Notes: a model not told the origin generated them from the sequence alone. A DNA stretch of 64,000 bases from Harriotta raleighana (GCA_050575255.1 JBNZDD010013716.1:3883658-3947657), one strand, 5' to 3'; counted from the stretch's first letter, positions 1 through 11,932 are shown. Translations and numbers: made by a program.

Positions 1-123
1 GGAGCGCAAGAGAGGTGCTAGAAGAGCCTCCCCAGATATGAGAGCAGTACTAGTCTTGGACCAACTTTAGAGTTATTAGTTGTTGAGGTGAAGAGAAATG
101 TTTGGTAAGGGAGAAGCCAAGCT

Positions 124-300
124 TCATAGAATTTTACAGCTCAAAAGGAGGCCATTCGGCCCATTGTGTCTGTGTTGGTTCTTTGAAAAGAGCTATTCAA
201 TGTCAATCCTACCCCCCGGCTCTCTCCCCATAACCTCACAAATGTGTCTTCCCCAAATAACCATCCACCTATCTTTCAAAAGCTTCTTGGAGGCTGCTTC
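124..300 (-). mobile_element. CR1 LINE 3' end fragment
   Basis: catagaa...gaaggaggccattcggccc tail motif shared with 8087, 23820, 31167 and 32108. Minus-strand EAASKKLLKDRW resembles the CR1 ORF2 C-terminus. Confidence 0.7.
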
Positions 301-381
301 AAAAATGGAGAAAGGTGATAGATTGAGAGGCCCAGAATGTTTATCAGTAGAATTGTGAATGGAACCATCATAACTAATATG

Positions 382-488
382 ATAATAACACCCACGTTTG
401 ATATAGCGCCCCATTGTGTCTTCGAGACGCCTCAAAGCGCTTCACAGAATATAATGTAAAGTGTAAAGTTAATTTTTGTGGGCAAAAC
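382..488 (-). mobile_element. tRNA-SINE 3' tail fragment
   Basis: tttgatatagcgcc...ctcaaagcgcttcacagaatata is the reverse complement of the family tail. Confidence 0.75.
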
Positions 489-951
489 TGTATGGAATTC
501 TCAGTTTGGTGATAGTTTTCCACGTATGTCAAGATTACCCAGCTAACCGCTAAAAATCAAATTATTTCCACCATCCCTTCTCACTGTCAATGAGCAAAAC
601 AAAAAATAGATCAAAGCAGTCCATGATGGCTACATACGTAACAAATTTCAAAGTTGGTAAAAGTGATTGGTTTTGATGTAATCAATTTTAATAAGAATTA
701 GATTAGAAATACCAATATAATGCTAATAATAATATTGCTAAAATTTGATTTAGTCCCTTATCAGGTCATTCAAAGCGTTTCAGAGAAATACGAATATAAT
801 CGTAGTATAGCTGCAGTTTTAAAATTATTAGTGATATAGACTTCTGCTGCAACTCTACGGTAACAATTCACATCTCAATTTACGTCACATGTTGTGAGAA
901 TATCCATTCAGTTCATCAAGATGGCCCCTTTCACAGGTCATTCACAATGTA

Positions 952-1055
952 CAGGGTGCCCAAAAAGTGTGATAACTGATACCCTATAATCTAAAAAAAA
1001 ATTCCTTCAGACTTATGAGACATTTTAATGGTATCATTACTTGTTGGCCACCCTA
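952..1055. mobile_element. Tc1/mariner-type MITE (about 104 bp)
   Basis: TA|cagggtgcccaaaaagtgtgata ... tatcattacttgttggccacccta|TA: imperfect TIRs with flanking TA. Confidence 0.65.
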
Positions 1056-1334
1056 TAATTAAATATAGAATTCAATCTCTAATTCGATCTCCTCCATTTC
1101 CACATTGAGCAAAACACAAGAATAATTTCATTTCCAAAACCCACTATATAACCCTGCCTTGCTGCTCTTCAAAGAAACCTACCTTCCATTTTCTGTAGCA
1201 AAGGATTCATTATCTCATATGGAGGGAAACTAAACCGCCAATGCTGAGCTGAATCCACCTGATATTTACTCATCTCCATTTTTATGGGAAGAAATAATTT
1301 GCATTTTTATGATTACATTGAATAAATCTGAATA

Positions 1335-1497
1335 AAGTCAGTCATTCCCTTCCTGGCTGTTTGTGGGACATTGCTGTGCACAAATTGGCTGTTGCATTCA
1401 CCTGCAGATACACAGTACAGTACTACAGTAAATCCTGTGAAGTCCTTTGAAACATTTTGACAACACAAGACGTTTTATCAAATGTAAGTACTATTAC
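1335..1497 (+). mobile_element. Old SINE 3' half (Deu-domain end plus L2-type tail)
   Basis: gctgtttgtgggacattgctgtgcacaaattggctg ... ctgtgaagtcctttgaaac...tatcaaatgtaag. Confidence 0.7.
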
Positions 1498-1847
1498 TTT
1501 ACCAGCAATTACTAAAAGACAGGATTGGTACAAAGCCATTGACTGTAGGAAATCTGGCAGCTACTTTGCATTTTTCAAGGTCCCAAAACCCACCATGATT
1601 CGAATGAGCAGTTTTATGTGAAGGACGTAATGTTAGCTAGGACACCAGGAAAGGTATCTCTTACTTCTCGTACTGAACAGGATTGTAGGGTCTTTAACTT
1701 CGACCTGAATGGACAACAGGGACCTTGCGCTGTCTCTTCTGATGAAATTCATGAACACAATATCAATTGGTTTGGCTTGAAGTGCTTTAGGAAAATTACA
1801 GTTCTATCAAACGTTTCAGTTTGTCTCTTTACTGTCTTTTGTTTAAC

Positions 1848-2227
1848 AATAATAATAATCCTTCCATTTGATGTAACACTTTATCACATCATTGTTTTGT
1901 CTCAAAGCGATTCACAGAATACACTGCAAAGAGAATTAACTGTAGATTTTGTGGGTGAAACGTGGCAGACAAATGTGCACAGCAGTGTCCCACACATCAT
2001 GGATTGAGTGACCAATTATTATTTTGTGGGGGAGGTTGGGGGGAATGGGTTATTACCCCTGGAAAACAATCTGCCATTTGACTAACAACTGGGTCCCTAC
2101 TTACTACTAGATAAACATTCGAGTTGAGTAAAGAAACTTGCCTAAGGTTTCGTCCCACCTCGGAATCAGACCTAGGTCCTTTTGCCTGTGAGGTGAGTGG
2201 TCGAGCCAATATGCTTCAGGACTCCAC
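1848..2227 (-). mobile_element. tRNA-SINE, long variant with extra central (CORE-like) segment
   Basis: Full head (reverse complement of ...caggactcca) to (TTA)n tail. Carries the gggacccagttgttagtc insert also seen at 9858 and 23962. Confidence 0.8.
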
Positions 2228-2379
2228 TCTATAGTTCGTAGAGCTCCACTGAAAGAATAATATTGTTCAGTAATTTTGTTTTTTATATTTATCCCCAAGT
2301 ATAGGGTTGGCTAGGCAACATAACTTTATTAATATCGATGACTCAGTTTGCAATGCTGTTGCCAAGTATGAAACTAAAC

Positions 2380-2640
2380 TGTACAGACCTGAAAACCCGC
2401 AGGTCTGATGGAGCACCAAAGTTGATCTTTTGTTCGGGAGGCGTAAGCAGCCAATTTCCCACTGCTGAGTATTGCCCCGTGAACTCTACTGGAATGTGCG
2501 CTTGATGTTGGGAGTTGGCAGCATTGGACAGTAGTGCACAGGCTGCGATTGCTCAAGTGTCTTGGGCTCACAAGTGAAGAATGACCACATGGACAGGGTA
2601 CTAGAAGGAGGGCATTGGATGACTGTAGGAGCCAAACCCT
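2380..2640 (+). mobile_element. Ancient SINE-like repeat (unnamed family)
   Basis: gggctcacaagtgaagaatgaccacatggacagggtactag is loosely similar, in reverse complement, to 43290-43350. Confidence 0.35.
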
Positions 2641-5110
2641 AATATCAGTTCAGCAAAGCAGCCAGAAAACCTTTTTACGCATCTGGTCACTTCACTGGGT
2701 GGATTTGAATAATTTGTGTCAGACACTGCCAAATCTCATACAATATGGTTTTAAACAGAACATAGCACAATATTTTAGTACTCGAATAAAATGTATACAT
2801 TGCTTTTATATGCAATTAAAGAAATATGTTTAACATTTTGCATTTATGGAGAATTGGTTTCATCCAAAGTATGTTATGCATCCAATTCAAGGCAAACCAC
2901 AGCGGTATTTACTGGCAAGGGCTTCAAAGCATTACTGTATTTTTATCGCTATTGGCCAGTTGTGTCGACAGCATTGACTGAACTCTGCAAAACAATTTTG
3001 TAGCATTTAATCGCACTTTGGTAATTTAGCGTACGGCAGTCCATTACAATATACCCGATAAGTTCTGCTGCTGCTTTATTTCCAGAAAATTGGAGCTTAC
3101 AGTATCAAGTACTAATGTCTAGTTTCGTTGGAAAGAAACTTCAATAGAATTTGCAATGTAAAATTTATTTAATTGTTTCAAAATGGCATTTTCAGTGAAT
3201 TGACCAAATGTGTCTGTCTTTCATTGATTTCTTGCACTGTTACTCTGGCTACTTGAAAGGAGCATGTCATTTGAGCATTTTGTTTATATTTAACTGTTTG
3301 ACCTGATTCCATGCGATATTACCAGGTTTTAGTTGCACATGCCAAATTTCTCTTTGCCAGTGCATAGCAAAATAGAGTGCTACATGGCATTTCAAGGTTC
3401 CCAGTTAAGATTTGGCTTGCCGTTACAATTTCCTTGTGTTTATCTCAGTTGTCTTCCTCAAGTTAATGAAGGAATTTGTTGATGATTTGTGTGTTGGAAT
3501 TCTAAAACTCAATAGACTCAGACATTATAGTTCTTCTTTTAATACTTCTGAGGGATGGGGTGGTGGCACTGGGCAGCGGTGGGGGTTGGGGGGTTGAAGA
3601 AGCATTGGCTACGTGTAAAGTAGGAAAAAGGCATTTTGGCATTGTTATGCAGAACACTCAAGCGATGGAGCCAATGTGTCTTTGCTCTTGAAAATATATT
3701 CCAAAGAAGCATTTCAACAAGATGAGGCACTCCATCATTCACTTAGCCAGTGAACATGATCCAACAATGTTCCGTCGAGATTTTGTATTGTTTCAAGCAA
3801 CCTGTGTTGTCCTTCCAGAACATGTATTTCGATGATCATTCCAGCAGCGGAGATATCTCAAGGTTTTGGATGAAAACTCTGGACAGTACAGGCACAGCTG
3901 TTCATTGTATTATGCACCTGTGGTGTCTCACAAATAACTACAGTCTGCTGAAAATACAAAACTATCCTACGATTGAAACAAATAATGATATTTCTGTTTG
4001 AAGTTCACATGTGTAAGTTTCAAATGCAGCTGTGGTATTCAAGTAGCATTGCACAGGTGCAGAACTTCCTACTGATGTTACAGAACAGACAGAACTTTAT
4101 TAGAAGTACAGTATTTATTTCTACATTGAGTGCAAGTCATTGTGTTGAGTTTTTTCCTTACAGTAGTTCTATCGCTCTGCAGCATTCTGTTAAGCTATTT
4201 AAACACTCTAAATTAGAACCAGAAAATTATTTTTGCCTCAAACCTTTTGAAGGTTAGCAAAAAAAAAGGCATTCTGAGCATTGAACGTCTAATTTTTAAG
4301 TCTGCAACTCAGGCTCGTGAGACTGTGCTTGGAGCATGTTTTCTGATGTGTGGGAAACAGGAAACCCTAGTGGAATTGTGGTGGCCTGCTTTCTACCAAG
4401 TAATTTGGGACATGGTGGCATAACCTTTAATGTTAAAAGCTGTTTCCATAACATTGCATATTTCTGGCACACAACATCTTTTATTACATGAGCTGAGATT
4501 ATGTTGCACAGCAGAGGCTGGCTATGCCAATAGCTGATCCTGATCTTCTTGCAGTAGGTATCACTTCAAAAGATTTTACAGCTTCTGCAGGTTGCACACA
4601 TATGATTAAGTACTTGTAACTCTTGCACAGATGTCCTTCGGTAACTCTAGCCTGTAATTTCTTAAAATTGTTCTGCTTATCAGCACCACATGTCATCAAT
4701 TGTGAATGGTGCTTGAGTGGAACAGCAAATCTGGGCTCAGTCTCAAACAGGGTTGCAAGCAGGTGAACAGGCACAGTGTAGTTTGCGAAAGTTAGCAGCA
4801 GAAGCAAAAGGCTGACAATGTTGGTGCAGATACCACAAGGCCTCAGAGAATCTGCTGGTGTGTTTGTCTGTTACTGAACACAGAGACCAATAAAGCTTGC
4901 GCTTTTAAATGAGGTAGATTGGTAATAATAATATTCCTTTCATTTGATTATAGAGTCTTATCACGTCATTAATTTGTCTCAAAGCGCTTCACTGAATATA
5001 ATGTCAAGTAAATTGACGGTATACAGTATTTTGTAGGTAAATCACGGCAGCCAATTGCGCACAGCAGGGTCCCATTGAGAGTGGTAGACTGAGTGAATAA
5101 ATTATTGTTA

Positions 5111-5984
5111 CAGTAAAACTCCGTTTATCCAGCATCCACGGGACATGGCCAGAGGCGGTTAAACGTTTTTTCCGGTTGAACGGATTTTAAAAATAATTAA
5201 AAATTATTTTAACACATACCATATTAATAATAGACTAAATAATAATGGAATATTCTATTAGTACATTATTATTTATACTTAACTTTGCAATTGCAGCACT
5301 GATTTGACAGAGGTAAAACAAAACATGACTTTAAAAAGCAACGAGTTTAGATCTGACTAACTGCCTGCACACACATATAGAGACACACGCACACTCATAG
5401 ACACACACATAGATACACACACAGATAGACACAGACCCTCAAAAATATTCAGTCTGAATCTATCATATAAATTCTGTCCACAACCCTCACCCCCCTCCCT
5501 TTCCTTTCTCTCTCCCTCCCTCTTTCTCTGCATCAACCTGCCTGCATCACTCACTCTCTCTCTCTCTCTCTCTCGCTCCATTATGCTTTCTCCCATCTCT
5601 CTCTCTTCCTTTCCCTCATCTCTCATTCCCTCCCCCTCTCTTTCTCTGTCTCTCCACACCCCCTCTCTTTCTCTGTCTCTCCACACCCCCTCTTTCCTCT
5701 CTCTCTCCGTTTCCTCCATTCCCCCTCAACCCCGTTCCCTCCCTCCCTCTCTCTCTGGCCGCTACTTGCAGCAGTATTTCTTATGTATACAGTATGTAAC
5801 TTCCCAACGGCAGGCACTCATCCGAATGAGGTAAAAAAAAATGCGACTTTTAAAAGGAGTAGGAACAAATTTAGACCAGACATTAAACGCATCACTGGAT
5901 AACTTCCGGTTAATTGAATCGGGACTTTTTTTTGAGATGGCAGTTGAACAGGTTTTCGAGTCATGGATAAACAAGATTTTATTG
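5111..5984. mobile_element. Tigger/pogo-type non-autonomous DNA transposon
   Basis: TA|cagtaaaactccgtttatcc ... ggataaacaagattttattg imperfect TIRs. Inserted inside a SINE. Confidence 0.65.
5365..5757. repeat. (CA)n/(GA)n then (CT)n/pyrimidine-rich low-complexity tract
   Basis: Directly visible. Generates the spurious ER- and SL-rich ORFs. Confidence 0.9.
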
Positions 5985-6559
5985 GTTTTTTTTGGACGGG
6001 AATATTGCCCCCCAGAAAGTGATCTGCCAATCGACTACCAACCAGATTCCTACTGGTTGCTAGGTAAACAAAGGAGTGTGCAGTAAGGAAACTTGCCTAA
6101 GGTTTCACCCTGCCCGGCAATCGAACCCGGGTCCTCTCGTTTGCGAGGCAAATGCTCTAACCAATACTCTACAGGAATCCATATTAAAATAATGAAAGTT
6201 ATTATTGGGCTTTGTTTGCTGTTCCAGCTGCTTATGAAATGATTGAAATAGCTGTGCCAGTGGGTTTCGTTCAGTGGTTGTGTGACTCACTGTTCCAGTA
6301 GCTGCAGTGTAACTGAACCAAAGAAAAAATGGCAGTGTAAAGTGTGCAAGATCTGCAAGATATTAACATTGTTAAGGTTGCTGAAAACATGACTGTTGCT
6401 TTACACATTCCTTGAAGGATATAAAGCTCAGTTCATATGTTCGGTGAATTTCAATTCACATTGTAGGACTGGGAAAGTGCAACATTGCAATCTGTTTTTC
6501 CAAAGTTAACATATTTGCTTTCATTTAACAATTTAAAAAAAAACTATATTTTTGATATT

Positions 6560-6820
6560 CTTTCGCCCATAAAATATACAATCAATTTACTTCACAGTAT
6601 TTTCTATGAAGACTTTGAGACATTTCAAAGACATCTTAAAGCACTGTATCAAATGCAAGTTTTTTTCTGTTCCAGTAGATAATGTAATGTTTTTGAAAAA
6701 AAGCAAATTGCACTTTAAAAATAATAATAATCCTTGCATCTCGTATAGCGCCTGATCATGTCTTCTAGACATCTTAAAGCGATTCACAATGGAGTAAGAA
6801 AACTTGCCTAAAGTTTTGCC
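6560..6820. mobile_element. Two tail-to-tail SINE fragments (+ 6560-6665, - 6720-6820)
   Basis: Family tail motifs in opposite orientations. Confidence 0.6.
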
Positions 6821-7809
6821 CTCAGTGATAGATAATATTGTGGCTAATGTCAACAAGCAATAAGAAAGATTAGGGGAGATAATTAATGTATGTTGGCTGT
6901 AAATTGGACAGCATTATTTTAAATCTGATTACTTTTTATAAAATGGTTACTCGACTCAAGTTAAATAAGGATCAGTTTTAAGACTGATAACTACAGTAGA
7001 AAAAAATATGTTTATCGTTTGTGTATCGAATACTGGGAATGAATGCGATTATAAAATATTTCACTATCTTGGAATACCACTAAATACCACAAAATGTGTT
7101 TGAAGATCCCGAGAGAGAAAAGTACCAAGGTCTAGTGAGCACAGTGTGGAACCATTATTATTATTATTATTTAACCACCACAGCACCAAATGGCTTCTTG
7201 TGAAGGCTGAGAAATTCAGTGGGAATAGAAGGGGACTCGAGGGATGTTTAATGGTAGTTTTGAAGTGTGCAATTGTGTAATTTGTGAAAGTTCAGTGTGT
7301 TTCTCCGCTTGGCCACCGTCAAAGGTGCTTTGACATAGATTCTTCTGGGGATCCATATTAAATGAACTTGTGTCAACACCTGCCATTCACTACATAGCTG
7401 TTCAACAGCTTCCACAACAATACTTGATGCGATTTGGTCTTGCGCGCACTTAGCTAACTTGCGTTATTTTGACACACTTGTCATCATAAAACTTGTAAAT
7501 AAAGCAGTTTTGTTTGCGTAGGTGGAACATTTCAGTGGCAGAAATAGCGGCTCCTGTCAACAGGTCGAAGAAACTGGAAAATGAGTAACGGCTTTGGTAT
7601 TTCGTGTTTGAAACCGAAACGTTTTCAAATTCCGCTGAATTTCCCTCGCACCAAATTAAACTTTGCCGCGAGGTTGGTGTGTTCCTCAAGGGGAATTAAT
7701 AAAAACTGGAGACTTTTTTTTGCAAAGGATAACGAAAGAAAAGTAAACAAGCGATTATTCTAGTTTGACACAAATTAACCCATTATCATCCATGTAAGCT
7801 CTAAAATGT

Positions 7810-8075
7810 GGAGTCCTGTAGCTCAGTGGTTAGAGTACTCGCCTTACAAACATGAGTTCCAATCCAGGCAGGTCCGGGTGAAACCTTGGGCAAATTTCCT
7901 TAGTCCAAATGCCCAATAATAATCCCTTAAAAAAACCCACAATAATAAATTGGTAATTTCAATCCATGACTGTTTGTGGGACACTGCTGTGCGCAATTGG
8001 CTGCCACTGTTCGATCACAAATGTAGTCAATTCACTTTACAGTATATTCTGTGAAGCACTTTGAGACATCCAGAA
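7810..8075 (+). mobile_element. tRNA-derived SINE, short dominant family (resembles SINE2-1_CM)
   Basis: Head ggagtcctgtagctcagtggttagag (A box), gttccaatcc (B box-like), accttgggcaa, gactgtttgtgggacactgctgtgcgcaattggctgcc and ctgtgaagcactttgagac. Confidence 0.9.
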
Positions 8076-8086
8076 TCTGTCCCTGT

Positions 8087-8230
8087 CATAGAATCATAGA
8101 ATTATACAGCACAGAAGGAGGCCATTCGGCCCATCATGTTTGTGCCGGCTCTTTGGAAAACCTATCAAAGTGAATCCTGCTCTCTCCCCAAATATTTATC
8201 TACTTCTCTCTTGAAAGTTATTATCAAAAC
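8087..8230 (-). mobile_element. CR1 3' end fragment
   Basis: catagaatcatagaa (reverse-complement CR1 octamer tail) plus gaaggaggccattcggccc. Confidence 0.75.
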
Positions 8231-8359
8231 CTCTTATGTATTCCTAATTTCCTTTTAACTGTTATGATCTCAGCTCTGAACTCCAATCAATGTGTGTTTT
8301 AGCCTGTTTACCTCACAAATGCGATTTGCATGTGTAGATAGGTTGAACTGCAAATGAAA

Positions 8360-8490
8360 ACAACTTGCATTTGTATATAGCGCCATTGACATGGGGCAGC
8401 ATCTCGGAGCACTTAACAGTGAGCGTGGACCCTGATGCCAAGGTAGGAAAAGGACAGAGGACATGACTGTAAGCGTGGTCGAAGAGGTAA
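8360..8490 (-). mobile_element. L2 3' tail fragment
   Basis: caacttgcatttgtatatagcgcc...ctcggagcactt. Confidence 0.55.
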
Positions 8491-9857
8491 AACCCTAATG
8501 CCCTATTTGGGCATTCACATTAGATACAGAGATGGGAAGAAGTGAAAAAATGCACAAAGATCCATCAAGTTTGACTAGAAAAGTGTCTTACCCTCCCAAG
8601 CACCTCACAGTATACAACCATAGATCTCTCCTGGTGTAGCCAATTTGCACCTTCTTAGGAGAGACAGAAATACTGTGATGAAGTAATCATGCTGCATACT
8701 GGAAAATGATACAGTTACCGTTGTACAGTTAATCCCTTATATTTTGCTCTCATTTGATTAATTATTTCCTATATGCATCAAACCTCTATTGCGATTTTGT
8801 GGGATTTCCATGATAAAAAAATAATTTGAATGCTCTCTGGATGCTGTCCCAAAATGCAACCAATTTGTTCCTTCGTTTGAAAGGGCTTCTGTAAACTGAC
8901 CCGATCTGCCTGATGTGGGTCCCTTCTCACCTCCTACTCCTCAGCTTGTTTGGGATTCCACACCATTCCAGTGAAGCGCTGTGAGATGTTGTGCTGCATT
9001 AAAGCCACCATGCAAATGTGAGATGCTGCTGCTGTTGAACGATCAAGTGCATATGAACTGCAGGATGTAACATGAGATTTTGAGATGCAGATTGAATAGT
9101 GAAGAAATTAGTTGACTTACTTGTTCAAGTAAAATCAAGTGTTCAATTGTTCGATTCTGAACAAACACAGTGGAGCTACGTGTTTGACCTATCTTCTTTT
9201 GGGGTCAAAAAGGACTTTCTGGTACTTAATCACCAATGGGCTGGTTCTGTGCTTTGATATTCTATAACTAGGTATTATTAAGCCTACATGCTGGATACAT
9301 TGACTTCAGCCAGTGAATTCAAATAAAAATATCAGACCTGCAATTTTTGTAGATATTTTCACTCACAGATGTTGAACAGACTCATGAAATACAATTCGGA
9401 CTGTAAAGGTGAGATCATCCCTCTCTGCAGCTATTTTATTTTATTTATCTTGCCACATCAGTTAGACATTATACTTCGAAATGGTGTGATTTGCGGGTTC
9501 CTGTCTGAAATGAAAACTTCTGACCGTAAAATCACACTTTGCAGTAATCATACCCTGCGCTATTTATAATCGTGTGTGTATATGTAATATATATATATAA
9601 ATAATATTACAAGAGAGAAAGACTGATTACGTAAGTTGTTCCAGAGCACAGAAATTGCTCTTGGTGATTGAAGACCAGTGTATTTTGCTGGGATTTTCTT
9701 TTGGAGGATCGGAATAGTTTGAGAAGGTTTAATGACTGCCTTCTTCGTTAAGTGTTTTGCACTGTTCTCCATTTGATTCTCTGTTGTCAAGCCGATTCAC
9801 TAACTTGCTGATTTTAAAAAACAAAACAATAGCCCTATTAATTTTTGTGTGAATCTC

Positions 9858-10175
9858 GAGAAGACCTGGGCTCAATTCCCGGGCAGGGCAAGACCTTAGG
9901 CAAGTTTCCTTTCTCCATGCACCTATGTTTCCCCAGGAGTAAGTCGGGACCCAGTTGTTAGTCAATTGGCGGATCGCTAACTTTGGGTAATCTCTGTAAA
10001 CAATAAATAATAATAATAATTGGGTCATTCAATCCATGACTGTTTGTGCGACACTGTTGTACACCTAGCCAGAAATATACGGTCAATTCTCTTTACAGTA
10101 TTTTCTATGAAGCGCTTTGAGACGTCTCAATCATATAAGGTTCTGTATCAAATATAAGGATTATTATTATTATTG
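9858..10175 (+). mobile_element. tRNA-SINE long variant
   Basis: gaccttaggcaagtttcc...cccaggagtaagtcgggacccagttgttagtc...aggattattattatt. Confidence 0.8.
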
Positions 10176-10619
10176 GACGTTTCCAATCCAATTGGTACTG
10201 CAGTATTTAATAAATCCTTCTGCCCAGGACAAAGTTATCGAATCGCAGGCAGATATTGTTCCTCCATGGATCATATCGCATATTCGTTGATCCTAAAATT
10301 TACATGTAGATTAGCATTATTTGGGGATAGTGTTTGAAATATATTTTTAAAACGTTAGTAAAGGATCAAGATATTAATACTGTATATAAATTTAATGTAT
10401 AATAATCCTTGCATGTATAATAATAATCCTTGGTATAGCACCTTAGTTATGTTAAAAGCTAACATTGAGAACCTCTTAGACGCAATTTATTGAGTTTTAT
10501 AAATGCTGCACTCATAGCTGTTGCGCTTTGCCCATAAAGTCACTACTTTATAATATATTCTATGAATGGTCTTTAAGACGTCTCAACCATGTGATATTAA
10601 ATTCCCGGATTATTATTTA

Positions 10620-11198
10620 AACTGTTTGTAGTAGGTCAGCGCAGATGCAATTGGCTGCCGTGTTTCGCCCACAAATATACAGTCAATTCACTTTACGTCC
10701 TCACTTTCAAGGCCATTCATGGCCTTGCCCCCGCCTATCTCTCCGACCTGCTGTCTCTCTATCAGCCTGCCCACCCCCTTTGCTCAGCGGACTCTGGCCT
10801 GCTCCACTTCCACCGCCCTAACCGTCCAACCACCGGTGGCTGGACTTTCAGCCTCTCTGCCCCCACCCTCTGGAATGCCGTCTTGCAATCCCTTTGCCTC
10901 GTTTCCTCTCTTTTCTTCAAGGCCGGTCTCAAGACCTTCCTCTTTGATTGTGCCTTCGGCTCTCCTCCTAACTCTTCTACCTCTCCTACTCTCCTTCCCC
11001 TTCCCCCAACGACCCTCATTAACCTACTCGGGCCCTAACCTGATTGTTCAGTCCCTTGGGATGTCCTCTCGATGTGAAAGGCGCTCTAGAAATGTAATTT
11101 TGTTGTTATTGTTGTTTACAATATATTCTGTGAAGCGCTTTGAGACATCGATAAGATGTGAAAAGCGCTATATCAAATGCAAGGATTATTATTTTAAA
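10620..11198 (+). mobile_element. SINE 3' half interrupted by an L2 insertion
   Basis: caattcactttac | L2 | tacaatatattctgtgaagcgc...aggattatt. Confidence 0.8.
10697..11116 (+). mobile_element. L2 LINE 3' fragment nested in a SINE
   Basis: LTFKAIHGLAPAYLSDLL-like ORF2 C-terminus, ctctggaa (LWN) motif, tail ttgggatgtcctctcgatgtgaaaggcgctcta...(TTG)n. Confidence 0.85.
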
Positions 11199-11610
11199 AA
11201 TTATTATTCTGTTGTACATTGTTATCTGTGTCAATGTGAAGTTATCTGTGTCATGTTTGGTCATATTAAGTTATTTTCTCTTCCCAGAAAAGATCAAAGT
11301 CTGGTACCACTTTTGTTTCCCATGTGCTGCACTACAATTGCATTTGGTGCAATTGATGCAAAGTGAACCTATAAAACGACTTTTAAACTTTAAATATTTT
11401 TCAGGTGTCTGATGACTGGCTCTAAATTTTGAATATCAAAGTAGAGACCCTTCACAAGCACTAAAACATTGGCCAGTGATTATTATAATAATAATAAAGT
11501 GGTACCAGACTTTGATCTTTTCTGGGAAGAGAAAATAACTTAATGTGACCAAACATGACACAGATAACTTCACATTGACACAGATAACAATGTACAACAG
11601 AATAATAATT
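11199..11610. repeat. 115-bp inverted duplication (11199-11313 / 11496-11610), 1 mismatch, 182-nt spacer
   Basis: Direct reverse-complement comparison. The only difference is ggtcatatt versus ggtcacatt. Confidence 0.95.
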
Positions 11611-11932
11611 ATAATAATAATAATCTTTGCATTTGATAGAGCGCTTTTCACGTTCTTCTAGACATCTCAAAGCACTTCACAGAATATACTGCAAAGTGAA
11701 TTGACTATATACTTGTGGGTGAAACGTAGCAGCCAATTGCGCACAGCAGTGTCCCACAAACATGGTGGTGGATTGAAATGAACAATTTATTCTAGGTTTT
11801 TTTTGGACTGATTATTATTAGGCGTGTGTGTGGAGTAAGGATAGTACCCAAGGTTTCGCCCTGACCTGTCTGGATTCGAACACAGGTCTCACTTTTAAGA
11901 GGAGTGCTCTAACCACTGAGCGACAGGGCTCC
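11611..11932 (-). mobile_element. Full-length tRNA-SINE
   Basis: Reverse complement from head (gtgctctaaccactgagcgacagggctcc) to tail. Confidence 0.9.

Larger units (their letters stand above)
4923..6180 (-). mobile_element. tRNA-SINE long variant split by a DNA transposon
   Basis: Tail half at 4923-5110 and head half at 5985-6180 (gtaaggaaacttgcctaagg...ctacaggaatcc) join into one element. Confidence 0.75.

Noticed and set aside
4499-4807. 102-aa minus-strand ORF in unique sequence
   Set aside because: Non-ATG start, no recognisable domain and no splice-site support. The length is within chance expectation.
5357-5834. ER-rich and SL-rich ORFs
   Set aside because: Translations of the (CT)n/(GA)n low-complexity tract.
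7522-7563. 42-nt candidate exon (gcgtag|...CAG|gtcgaa)
   Set aside because: The donor is poor, there is an in-frame stop, and there is no protein similarity.
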